Source: an uncultured virus (IMG/VR IMGVR_UViG_2912927692_000003)
Lineage: Duplodnaviria; Heunggongvirae; Uroviricota; Caudoviricetes
Direction: 5' to 3' (one strand)
IMG/VR virus record: IMGVR_UViG_2912927692_000003
Length of the DNA stretch: 20,000 bases
The position numbers and the translations under genes were made by a program. Position 1 is the first letter of the stretch; each line of letters starts with the position of its first letter. Below the pieces are notes generated by a model. That model ran no database searches and was not told the origin of the DNA. It saw nothing but the letters and a program-made list of their open reading frames with translations. This document shows positions 9,471 through 17,113 of this stretch, piece after piece.

Positions 9471-9987
9471 CCGCGTGCTGGTTGCCGCGCTGACCGTCAG
9501 CCTGGCCGGCTTCGGCGCTTGGATGAAGTCGGAGGATTTCAGCGCGAAACCATACGTGCCGACCAAGGGCGACATTCCGACCATCGGTTACGGCTCCACC
9601 CGCTACGAGAATGGCCAATCGGTGAAGCTGACCGATCCGCCGATCACCCGCCAGCGCGGCGAACAACTGGCGCGCAGCCTGATGGCGAAGGACGAACAGC
9701 AGTTCCGCGACTCGCTGCCCGGCGTGAAGCTGTTCCAGGAAGAGTATGACCTGTACCTGGATTTCACGGGCCAGTTCGGCATCACCAACTGGCGCGGTAG
9801 CTCGATGCGCCGCGACTTGCTCGCCGGCAACTACCGGCAGGCGTGCGACGACCTGCTGAAGTGGCGCAACCAGGCAGGCCGAGACTGCTCTCTGCCGAAG
9901 AACTGGGGGCCGAAGGGCTGCAAAGGTGTGTGGACCAGACAGCAGGAGCGGCATGCGCAATGCATCGCCGTGCAGGTGCCGCAATGA
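9454..9987 (+). CDS. Phage lysozyme (GH24-like) with N-terminal SAR-type anchor
   Basis: Weakly hydrophobic Gly/Ala-rich N-terminus RVLVAALTVSLAGFGAW; E...PY...D.PTIGYGST catalytic region; ACDDLLKW and DCS...CKG...C cysteines typical of SAR endolysins. Confidence 0.92.
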   Translation: MSNSRNRVLVAALTVSLAGFGAWMKSEDFSAKPYVPTKGDIPTIGYGSTRYENGQSVKLTDPPITRQRGEQLARSLMAKDEQQFRDSLPGVKLFQEEYDLYLDFTGQFGITNWRGSSMRRDLLAGNYRQACDDLLKWRNQAGRDCSLPKNWGPKGCKGVWTRQQERHAQCIAVQVPQ

Positions 9988-10502
9988 CCGCCCGCGAGCT
10001 GGGCGCCGTTCTGGCTGCGATAGCGCTGGCTGGCCTGGTGGCCAGCACGCTGACCTATCGGCACCTGTACCAGGACGCCACCGCCAACCTGAAGTCGCTG
10101 AGCGACCAGGTGGAGCGGCAGAACGCCAAGGCTGAGGCCAAGCTGGCCGAGCTGACCGCGCAGCGCGACATGAAACAGGCAGCGCTCAATAAGGCCGCTG
10201 CCGACCAAGAGAGGAAGGACAACGATGCTCAGGCTGAAATCGCTCGCCTTGCTGGTGAGCTGCGCGACCGCCCTGTGCGCGTGCGCATCGTCCCCGCCGC
10301 AGGTGGGGGCTGTAGTGGTGGCGCCGCAGGTGACGCAGCCGGCACCGCCGAAGCTGGTGCAGGAGACGCCGCCTCGGCCTACGGGCTACTACCGGAAGAA
10401 AATTCTCGACGCTTTAACGACTCCCTGAGCGAAGTCGAAACCCTGAGCGCGGCCTACAACTCGTGTCGCGCCCGGTTGATCCCCCAAGAGCCGACCCTGT
10501 AG
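9984..10502 (+). CDS. Inner-membrane spanin (Rz-like)
   Basis: ATGA overlap with the endolysin stop; N-terminal TM helix (LGAVLAAIALAGLVASTL), coiled coil, and a C-terminal Cys. Confidence 0.88.
   Translation: MTARELGAVLAAIALAGLVASTLTYRHLYQDATANLKSLSDQVERQNAKAEAKLAELTAQRDMKQAALNKAAADQERKDNDAQAEIARLAGELRDRPVRVRIVPAAGGGCSGGAAGDAAGTAEAGAGDAASAYGLLPEENSRRFNDSLSEVETLSAAYNSCRARLIPQEPTL
10225..10428 (+). CDS. Outer-membrane spanin lipoprotein (Rz1-like), embedded in Rz in another frame
   Basis: Signal peptide with lipobox (ALCAC) and a Pro-rich mature part (SPPQV...QPAPPKL...TPPRP), nested wholly inside the Rz gene. Confidence 0.8.
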   Translation: MLRLKSLALLVSCATALCACASSPPQVGAVVVAPQVTQPAPPKLVQETPPRPTGYYRKKILDALTTP

Positions 10503-10512
10503 GGAGGAAACC

Positions 10513-11106
10513 ATGGCCTACACCGCATATCGGGTGCTCAAGGCACCTATCGACCAGATCGAGCGCTTCATGACCGAGGCCATCGCCGATGGCTGGCAGC
10601 CGCTCGGTGCGCCTATCCTGCTCTACCCCGACGACAAGGCCGTCTACCAGGCTCTGGTCAAGGGTACGCCGGATGGTAGTGGCACTGGCCCTGTCACCAT
10701 CGTGGTGGACGACATCACCGATGCTTCCGCCATCGGCAAATCTCTGCTGACTGCCGTCAACGATGGCGATGGGCGTGCAGCAATCGGGGCCGGCACTTCC
10801 AATCTGCAGTTGGGCACCACCGCAACCACCGCCAAAGCGGGAGACTATGCGCCTGCCTGGGGGGATGTGACAGGGAAACCGGCGGTTATTGCGGCTGGTA
10901 CTGATGCCGCGACAGCAAGGGGGGCTATTGGCGCGGGAACATCCAGCCTTGCGATCGGTACAACCGCTACTACCGCGGCGGCTGGCGACCACAACCATGC
11001 AATCACTGCTGATGCTGCCAGTGGGTTGGCTGCAGCCTCCAGCGTTCAAGATGCGTTCGTAGCGGTTTCGGCGCGAATCAAGGCTCTGGAGTCGGCTGCG
11101 CCGTAG
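10513..11106 (+). CDS. DUF1737-like N-terminal domain fused to Ala/Gly/Thr-rich phage fibre repeats
   Basis: Strong SD GGAGG; YRVL...EAIADGWQPLGAP...YQALVK motif; two AIGAGTS.L..GTTATTA.AGD repeats; C-terminal ARIKALE coiled-coil end. Confidence 0.75.
   Translation: MAYTAYRVLKAPIDQIERFMTEAIADGWQPLGAPILLYPDDKAVYQALVKGTPDGSGTGPVTIVVDDITDASAIGKSLLTAVNDGDGRAAIGAGTSNLQLGTTATTAKAGDYAPAWGDVTGKPAVIAAGTDAATARGAIGAGTSSLAIGTTATTAAAGDHNHAITADAASGLAAASSVQDAFVAVSARIKALESAAP
10771..10992 (+). repeat. Two diverged 78-bp (26-aa) intragenic repeats, 144 bp apart
   Basis: GRAAIGAGTSNLQLGTTATTAKAGDY (10771-10848) versus ARGAIGAGTSSLAIGTTATTAAAGDH (10915-10992). Confidence 0.85.
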
Positions 11107-11214
11107 ATGAATGCAATATGCCATGGATGGCGCATTTGAAGGCACAGGGCCTTGCGCAGGCGGAAGGTGAGGGGGGACATTACCGCATTCCACGGAGCTT
11201 CAACCAAAGGAACG

Positions 11215-11847
11215 ATGGTCATGTACATCAAGGTCGCTATTCGAACTGCGGCACCTATCGCCGTAGTGACTCTGCTCTCACTGCCTATATCCGCACCTGC
11301 CCAGGTCTTCAAATGCATCGACAGCAGCGGGAAAATAACCTTTTCAGATCAAGGGTGTGCAGCGGGTCACTCAGCGGCCGCGATAGACGTTGCGCCGGCG
11401 AACACCCTCGACAGCTCGCAGTACCGAAATCCGCCGCCTCAACCTGAGGTACCAGATCGCGTTGCGCCCTCGGTGCGGTCTGGCGTTCAAGTTAACGTCG
11501 TCGGGGGCGACAACGATGCAGAACGTGAGCGGAAAAGGCTTTGCAAAGAGGCCTCGACGCCCTATCCCGGATCTCGTGGAGGGCTGACCTCTGCTCAGCT
11601 TGCCGCCGCCGCGCAGTTGTGCGCGGGTGTTTCAGTTCCTATGCCTACTACACCCGCGCCGGCCGGTGGCAGTGCAAGGCGAGCACCGACGGCACCTGGA
11701 GCACCAGGAGTCCTTACCAGTTGTGATGACAGTGGGTGCTGGGACAGCAACGGGGCTAGGTACAACCGAGGCGCTGGAAATACTCACTTCCCGGCGAATG
11801 GTGGGCCAGCGTGTGAGCTTGTTGGCGGGAACATGGTGTGCCCCTGA
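11215..11847 (+). CDS. Exported DUF4124-like, Cys-rich protein (prophage moron); start 11215 or 11221
   Basis: AAGGA SD; signal peptide ending ...ISAPA|QVFKCIDSSGKITFSDQGC (DUF4124-type motif); Pro-rich linkers; 8 Cys. Confidence 0.8.
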   Translation: MVMYIKVAIRTAAPIAVVTLLSLPISAPAQVFKCIDSSGKITFSDQGCAAGHSAAAIDVAPANTLDSSQYRNPPPQPEVPDRVAPSVRSGVQVNVVGGDNDAERERKRLCKEASTPYPGSRGGLTSAQLAAAAQLCAGVSVPMPTTPAPAGGSARRAPTAPGAPGVLTSCDDSGCWDSNGARYNRGAGNTHFPANGGPACELVGGNMVCP

Positions 11848-11884
11848 AGTTGTAGACTACGGCCTTTTCCTACGGAGCAGGGCG

Positions 11885-12151
11885 ATGCTGGTGATTCGAT
11901 TGGCGGGGAAGTGGACGTTAAAGCTGGACCGCCAGATAGGCAGTTCCGGCAAGCACGGGATATGGGCATTCCACTGCTCTGAAAGCACTTTCGCGCCGTC
12001 TTCGAACGACCTCCGGCGCACTGCGGCGATACTTCCAGCCGAGCCCAAAGAGGGCCAGGCAGTGGAAGTGTCGATCTGCGAAAGCCCGCACTCGCCGGAT
12101 GGATGGATCGCCGTCGGCTCAGGCGTAGCAGCCTACGAAGCGGAGCGCTGA
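11885..12151 (+). CDS. Small hypothetical phage protein (88 aa, MLVIRLAGKW...)
   Basis: GGAG SD upstream of ATG 11885; starts just after the DUF4124 stop; plausible globular beta-rich composition. Confidence 0.7.
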   Translation: MLVIRLAGKWTLKLDRQIGSSGKHGIWAFHCSESTFAPSSNDLRRTAAILPAEPKEGQAVEVSICESPHSPDGWIAVGSGVAAYEAER

Positions 12152-12154
12152 AAG

Positions 12155-12667
12155 TCAGGCCCACCGCCATGGCCGGAAGTCGCTGGGGATCTGCTCGTTA
12201 AGCAGCAGCGTGCCGCCGGCGTCGAGTTCGATCACCAGGCCACGCACGACGCCGGCGCGCTCAAGCGCCTGGCCCAGGCGCAGATAGGTCATTCCATCCA
12301 GCGGATCCCGGCTGATGCAGCCCAGGCGCTGTCGCCCAGGAGCAGGCGCATGGTAGATCCCCTCGCTATCCACCGCCCCAACGACATTGCCGGCGTCGAT
12401 CACGTCGTAGCAGCAGTCGGCGCAGTAGTGCGTCTCGCGCGTTATGCCGTGCTCGATCGCCCATGAGTACATGCCAAGTGCATCCGTGACCATATCGTGG
12501 CGGTCCTGCAGGTCCACGATTCCGCACTGGTAGAGCTCGTTGGCCTCGCCGACAAGGTAAAGGTACTGCTCATCCGCGGCGTACAGCCAGGCAGCATGCT
12601 GCCGCATCGCTGCAAGCCATTGTGTGACGCGCTGATGGTGGCAATGCCTAGGGTCGGAGTAGGACAT
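12155..12667 (-). CDS. Hypothetical protein (170 aa), probably SOS-inducible
   Basis: GGAGA SD on the minus strand; LexA box 37 bp upstream; helical N-half, a CADCC motif and a beta-rich C-half. Confidence 0.85.
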   Translation of the reverse strand: MSYSDPRHCHHQRVTQWLAAMRQHAAWLYAADEQYLYLVGEANELYQCGIVDLQDRHDMVTDALGMYSWAIEHGITRETHYCADCCYDVIDAGNVVGAVDSEGIYHAPAPGRQRLGCISRDPLDGMTYLRLGQALERAGVVRGLVIELDAGGTLLLNEQIPSDFRPWRWA

Positions 12668-12703
12668 GGAAATCTCCGGCAGTCGGGTTGGCCGGAAATT
12701 ATG

Positions 12704-12719
12704 CTGTATGAATATACAG
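12704..12719. promoter_or_regulatory. LexA (SOS) box
   Basis: CTGTATGAATATACAG matches CTGT-N8-ACAG with an AT-rich spacer, directly upstream of the 170-aa minus-strand gene. Confidence 0.88.
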
Positions 12720-12812
12720 TTATCTTCAGGAGGCGACGAGTGGAAAGCTGGTCGGAGGAGAAGCGGTCGTGTCAGTGGAGGGACTGGTAAAAAATGCTCG
12801 CCCTGGAGGGCC

Positions 12813-12880
12813 TTGCTACGAATTTGCTACAGCAAATTGAATTTATTTCGTATCTATATGATTTTATTAGGTAACTTTTT
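12813..12880. other. Phage-side att arm: tandem TTGCTAC repeats, a palindrome and an AT-rich tract (candidate integrase arm/IHF sites)
   Basis: TTGCTAC at 12813-12819 and 12824-12830 (11-bp period); AATTTGCT-ac-AGCAAATT at 12821-12838; very AT-rich 12838-12880 next to the crossover. Confidence 0.65.
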
Positions 12881-12961
12881 CTAGTTTGACCGATCCATCA
12901 TCGGCGCAACGGAAAAGCGGCGTGAGAGGGTGGCGGGGGTGGTAGTCGGTTCTGGGCGCAT
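12881..12961 (-). pseudogene. dusA: Severed 5' fragment of tRNA-dihydrouridine synthase A, marking the prophage att junction
   Basis: The minus strand translates MRPEPTTTPATLSRRFSVAPMMD-RSN*. RFSVAPM(M/L)DWT is the conserved DusA N-terminal motif, and the match breaks right after Asp (GAT at 12893-12895). dusA (PA2795) is divergent from PA2794 in P. aeruginosa. Confidence 0.9.
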
Positions 12962-12997
12962 CGGGACTTCGGCAGGGAGAGCGGAGCAGGGCGAGGG

Positions 12998-13006
12998 ATT
13001 TTATCA
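12998..13006 (-). promoter_or_regulatory. Candidate extended -10 promoter element of host dusA
   Basis: Minus strand TGaTAAAAT (TGn-TAnAAT) about 37 nt upstream of the dusA ATG. Confidence 0.5.
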
Positions 13007-13263
13007 GGTATGGAGGTGGAGGAGGGGCGGGATGAGCGTGCTAGTGTGAATGCGTGCAAGAGCCGAGGCTGGTGGGATGCCGAGATGATTATAAGTCTGC
13101 CGTCGGTCCGGCACCTGTATTCATTCAAGAGTTTTTCATCAGAAATTTTTTTCAATATTTATTTTTGAAGAATTTTATAGTTGGCCGGGTAGTCAAGGTT
13201 TGTAGGGTAGAGCTGTTGAGTGGTGGCGAGTGTGTTGGCCTAATTTGACCGAAGGAGTGAGGG

Positions 13264-14580
13264 ATGAATACTTATTTTGATATTCCGCATCGGTTAGTGG
13301 GAAAGGCTCTGTATGAATCATATTATGATCATTTTGGCCAAATGGATATATTGTCAGATGGAAGTTTGTACCTAATATATAGGCGGGCAACAGAGCATGT
13401 AGGTGGTAGTGATGGGCGTGTTGTTTTCAGTAAACTGGAAGGTGGTATTTGGAGTGCGCCTACAATAGTTGCCCAGGCGGGAGGACAGGATTTTCGAGAT
13501 GTAGCTGGTGGGACGATGCCTAGCGGAAGGATCGTCGCGGCCTCGACGGTTTATGAAACAGGAGAGGTGAAGGTCTATGTATCTGATGATTCAGGTGTGA
13601 CATGGATACATAAATTCACATTGGCTAGAGGTGGGGCGGATTATAATTTTGCTCATGGAAAAAGTTTTCAAGTAGGGGCGCGCTATGTGATTCCTCTTTA
13701 CGCGGCGACGGGAGTCAATTATGAACTGAAATGGCTAGAGTCTTCTGATGGCGGAGAAACGTGGGGCGAAGGAAGCACGATCTACAGCGGGAACACACCA
13801 TACAATGAGACTTCTTACCTTCCTGTGGGAGATGGCGTAATTCTGGCTGTAGCCAGAGTAGGATCTGGTGCCGGAGGAGCGTTACGTCAGTTTATAAGTC
13901 TGGACGACGGCGGCACATGGACTGATCAGGGTAATGTGACTGCACAAAATGGTGACTCTACCGATATTCTCGTAGCCCCTTCTCTCTCCTATGTTTATTC
14001 TGAGGGAGGTACACCACATGTAGTTCTCTTATACACGAACAGAACGACTCATTTTTGTTATTACAGAACAATCCTGCTGGCGAAAGCCGTAGCAGGCTCC
14101 TCCGGCTGGACGGAGCGTGTTCCTGTGTATAGTGCGCCAGCCGCCTCCGGTTATACTAGTCAAGTCGTTTTGGGAGGTCGAAGAATACTGGGTAATCTAT
14201 TCAGGGAGACGTCTTCTACGACGTCGGGAGCTTATCAGTTTGAAGTGTATCTGGGAGGAGTCCCGGATTTTGAGTCAGACTGGTTTTCTGTTTCTTCAAA
14301 TAGTTTGTATACCCTGAGTCATGGACTCCAGAGGTCGCCGCGTCGGGTGGTCGTTGAGTTTGCAAGGTCATCGAGTCCATCAACATGGAACATTGTCATG
14401 CCCAGTTATTTCAATGATGGAGGGCATAAAGGCAGTGGGGCTCAGGTTGAAGTGGGTAGCTTGAATATTCGGCTTGGAACTGGAGCGGCAGTATGGGGCA
14501 CGGGATATTTCGGAGGAATCGACAATAGTGCCACGACTCGATTCGCTACCGGGTATTATCGGGTCAGAGCATGGATTTAG
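13264..14580 (+). CDS. nanA: P. aeruginosa neuraminidase/pseudaminidase (PA2794-type six-bladed beta-propeller with C-terminal trimerisation domain)
   Basis: 438-aa sequence recognised as PA2794; Asp-boxes SDDSGVTW, SSDGGETW and SLDDGGTW; markedly lower GC than the flanks; no classical signal peptide. Confidence 0.95.
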   Translation: MNTYFDIPHRLVGKALYESYYDHFGQMDILSDGSLYLIYRRATEHVGGSDGRVVFSKLEGGIWSAPTIVAQAGGQDFRDVAGGTMPSGRIVAASTVYETGEVKVYVSDDSGVTWIHKFTLARGGADYNFAHGKSFQVGARYVIPLYAATGVNYELKWLESSDGGETWGEGSTIYSGNTPYNETSYLPVGDGVILAVARVGSGAGGALRQFISLDDGGTWTDQGNVTAQNGDSTDILVAPSLSYVYSEGGTPHVVLLYTNRTTHFCYYRTILLAKAVAGSSGWTERVPVYSAPAASGYTSQVVLGGRRILGNLFRETSSTTSGAYQFEVYLGGVPDFESDWFSVSSNSLYTLSHGLQRSPRRVVVEFARSSSPSTWNIVMPSYFNDGGHKGSGAQVEVGSLNIRLGTGAAVWGTGYFGGIDNSATTRFATGYYRVRAWI

Positions 14581-15017
14581 CTGCCCACTGACTAGAAATC
14601 AAGCGGAGCGATTGCTGAATCGCATCTACCGGACGGGCAGGAGGTCTAGCTTGCTCGGCCCATTAAAAACTGCAGCGGTAAGGGTAGGCTGCGACCGTTT
14701 TTCAGTCACTGACAAAACCTCCGTAATATAGTGCTGACGCCTGGTACATCTGGAAACTCTCCGAAGAGACTGGTGTGGCCTCAATGCGCGCGGGATTACC
14801 ACTCTTCTGCACGTTTCCCGAGCCTGGCCTGCCAGGCAACGCCGCTCCCAATGCCTGGAGGTCTGCGTAGGCGTAGAACCAACGAGAGCCGTGGCAGCTC
14901 CTGGCCTTGCCGGTGTGCCCCTGCCGACCTAGTTCATTTGAAATATTGCGATCCAGGCTGGGGCCAGTAAGATGGGCCGTCCGACGACCCGCACCAGCCT
15001 CTATCAAGGATCGATGC

Positions 15018-16052
15018 ATGAGACTGCCCCGCCCGCGTTTTGCCCTTTCCGCCGCCTTGCTGCTTTGCCTTTCCGGTTGCGTGTCGGAACTCGATTCGGG
15101 CGCCTATGGCAGCATGGACGATCCGCGCAACGCGCAGATGCTGGAACTGGTGGACCAGGCGCTGAAGGGGAACATGGCCGTGGTACTGGTGGCCGACGTG
15201 ATGCCGCACAAGTCCCTGAGCGATGCCCTGACCATGACCCAGTGGACGCCAACGGCGATCTGGGAGTACGAGAAGGACCCGAAGGTGACCTTCGGCCGCA
15301 AGTTCCAGACCAACGCGCTGCAGCGGAAGCCCGACGAGACCTATCTGTTCAAGGCCTTCGAGGTGCATATCCTGCCGCCCGGCAAGTACCTGCTGACCGG
15401 CGGCGACGACTACCAGATCCATGGCTTGCTCGACCAGGTCGGCGCCCGCAGCGGTCCGCCCGGTTCGGGCCATGGCGCCAACGGCACCGCGTACCTGTCC
15501 CCCGAGCTGTATCGCGAGTACTACCGGGAAGAAGTCTGGAAAGATGCCACCTATGGCAGCGAGATCAAGACCGAGAAGGTCTGCACCGCCGTGCATGTGG
15601 CCTCGGGCGCCTGCGTGAGCTGGGGCGAGCAGCAATACACGCAGACGACCCAGGGCTCCCAGGCCGGCTATTACCAGCAGACCGATTCCCGCGACGTGCC
15701 CTCGATCAAGGTCCAGGCGCGCCTGCCGGTCGACAAGGCGCTGGCCAGCTTCACCGTGCAGGGCGGGCAATTGCTGCTGGCCCCGCGCATGCACCTGAAG
15801 ACCCCCGGCTACAAGTACCAGCAGTCGAAGTGCCGGGCGATCGATCCGAAGAAGATCGAATGCCCATTGGAAAACCTGACCGTCTATACCTGGCCGGCGC
15901 CGATGGACTTCAGCCAGTCCCTGATCGCCCAGCGGGCCCTGAGCGACAAGCACCGGCAACTGCTGTCCAGGCTCCAGCCCCTGCAGATCACGCCGCTGCG
16001 CAAGCAGGGCATGGAAGACCCGGTCTGGGGCGTGCCGCTGTCATTGAAATAG
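15018..16052 (+). CDS. Hypothetical lipoprotein (PA2793-like, 344 aa)
   Basis: AAGGA SD; MRLPRPRFALSAALLLCLSGC lipobox; high-GC3 P. aeruginosa codon usage; position next to PA2794. Confidence 0.88.
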   Translation: MRLPRPRFALSAALLLCLSGCVSELDSGAYGSMDDPRNAQMLELVDQALKGNMAVVLVADVMPHKSLSDALTMTQWTPTAIWEYEKDPKVTFGRKFQTNALQRKPDETYLFKAFEVHILPPGKYLLTGGDDYQIHGLLDQVGARSGPPGSGHGANGTAYLSPELYREYYREEVWKDATYGSEIKTEKVCTAVHVASGACVSWGEQQYTQTTQGSQAGYYQQTDSRDVPSIKVQARLPVDKALASFTVQGGQLLLAPRMHLKTPGYKYQQSKCRAIDPKKIECPLENLTVYTWPAPMDFSQSLIAQRALSDKHRQLLSRLQPLQITPLRKQGMEDPVWGVPLSLK

Positions 16053-16100
16053 CGGGTGTTCGCTCAGGGGCGCGCCGGGTGCCGCCCCTATCCACGATCG

Positions 16101-16130
16101 GCAGGGAAGCATTTCCCCACAAGGAAGGTG
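16101..16130 (+). promoter_or_regulatory. Two RsmA/CsrA-type sites (CANGGANG), one overlapping the SD
   Basis: gCAGGGAAGc (16101-16110) and caCAAGGAAGgtg (16118-16130; cac/gtg mini-stem with GGA in the loop) just before ATG 16133. Confidence 0.6.
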
Positions 16131-16132
16131 AC

Positions 16133-16729
16133 ATGAACGTATATCGCAAGGTTTCCCGCAGTGCCGCGACTTGGCTGTGCGCCGCGCTGCTGGCCGCATC
16201 CGGCCATGCCTGGGCCGAAGACTGGTGGGTGGTACACAAGGGCGACGACCCTGCCGAGCTTGACGTGTTCCTGGCCGATGCCGATTCGCTGGCACCGGTG
16301 CCGGGTATCGAAAACGCCTGGCAGTTGCAGATCGCCATGCTGTTCGACTCCTTCCATCTGCTCAGCGCGCACCAGTACCGCTGCGATACGCGAGAGGTGA
16401 AGGTGGTCAACGCCAAGACCTTCTCCAACAACGGGCAACCCACGAGCCTCCAGTTCACCTTCGCCAAGGGCTGGACCCCGCTGCCCAACGAAAGCCATGA
16501 GGCTGTCCTCCAGTTCATCTGCGCGCCGCAGGAGCGCGAACGCAATGGCATGCGCTCCACCGGCAGGGGCGTGCCATTGCAGGCGGTGATCACCGCCGTC
16601 GGCATGGTCGAGATGGAGCGCGCCCAGGCCAATCTCGCCGAGGCCCGGCGCAAGCTCGAAGAGGCCAAGAGCGATCGCGTCATGGGCGAACTCGATCGTC
16701 TGCTCGGCAACGAACCCCGGAAGCCCTGA
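16133..16729 (+). CDS. Exported hypothetical protein (PA2792-like, 198 aa)
   Basis: Signal peptide ...LLAASGHAWA|EDWW; YRCDTRE and QFICAP Cys pair; C-terminal coiled coil; host-like codon usage. Confidence 0.88.
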   Translation: MNVYRKVSRSAATWLCAALLAASGHAWAEDWWVVHKGDDPAELDVFLADADSLAPVPGIENAWQLQIAMLFDSFHLLSAHQYRCDTREVKVVNAKTFSNNGQPTSLQFTFAKGWTPLPNESHEAVLQFICAPQERERNGMRSTGRGVPLQAVITAVGMVEMERAQANLAEARRKLEEAKSDRVMGELDRLLGNEPRKP

Positions 16730-16822
16730 GCCGCTCTGACTGAAGCAGGGTGAGGCGAGGCGGATCGGGCCGTTTTCCGGGACGATCGGCGTAGGTCCGG
16801 AAGGCGCGTCGGGAGGGTATCG

Positions 16823-17113
16823 ATGAAGTGGTATAGCCGCATCAGCCTGGGGCTCAGCCTCGCGGTCGCGAGCGCTTTCCTGGTGGCGTACTGGCGATCG
16901 CTCGACAGCCATAGCTATCCCAATATGAATGCGCCTGGGCTGTTCGCCTACCTGCTGGTCTTTCCTGCCTGCGCCCTGTTGCTGCATTCCACTGCGTTGG
17001 CATTCGTGCTCCAGCAGCGAAAGCTGGGGAGCGCTCGCGAAAGAGCGCTGCAATGGACGATCAACCTGGTGCTGTGGATGGCGCCGCTTTGTTATGTCCT
17101 TGCCAGCGTCTAG
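16823..17113 (+). CDS. Small inner-membrane protein (PA2791-like, 3 TM segments)
   Basis: GGAGGG SD; three hydrophobic stretches in 96 aa. Confidence 0.8.
   Translation: MKWYSRISLGLSLAVASAFLVAYWRSLDSHSYPNMNAPGLFAYLLVFPACALLLHSTALAFVLQQRKLGSARERALQWTINLVLWMAPLCYVLASV

Larger units (their letters stand above)
1..12892. mobile_element. Right end of a temperate prophage (probably F116/Hollowayvirus-like podovirus) integrated in the 5' end of dusA
   Basis: Giant PLxRFG/polyvalent protein, holin-endolysin-Rz/Rz1 cassette and morons end at a junction where a DusA N-terminal reading frame (RFSVAPMMD) breaks off at ~12893. dusA is a known integration target of F116-like Pseudomonas phages. The genus call is an inference. 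Confidence 0.9.

Noticed and set aside
9843..9983. N-terminal extension of the Rz ORF in the ORF track
   Set aside because: It overlaps the endolysin. The ATGA-coupled start at 9984 gives the expected N-terminal TM helix.
11600..11884. Long version (183 aa) of the 11885..12151 gene
   Set aside because: It overlaps the DUF4124 gene. The SD-supported ATG is at 11885.
14581..15017. 437-bp intergenic region with short palindromes (GCGATT-gctg-AATCGC, TCAGT-c-ACTGA) as a possible sRNA, IS end or gene remnant
   Set aside because: No U-tract terminator, partner inverted repeat or recognisable protein remnant could be supported by eye.
14972..16132. 585-aa ORF suggesting a fusion or frameshift between the PA2793-like and PA2792-like genes
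   Set aside because: The upstream part is an Arg/Pro/Gly-rich off-frame read of the lipoprotein gene. The real protein starts at 16133 with an SD and signal peptide.
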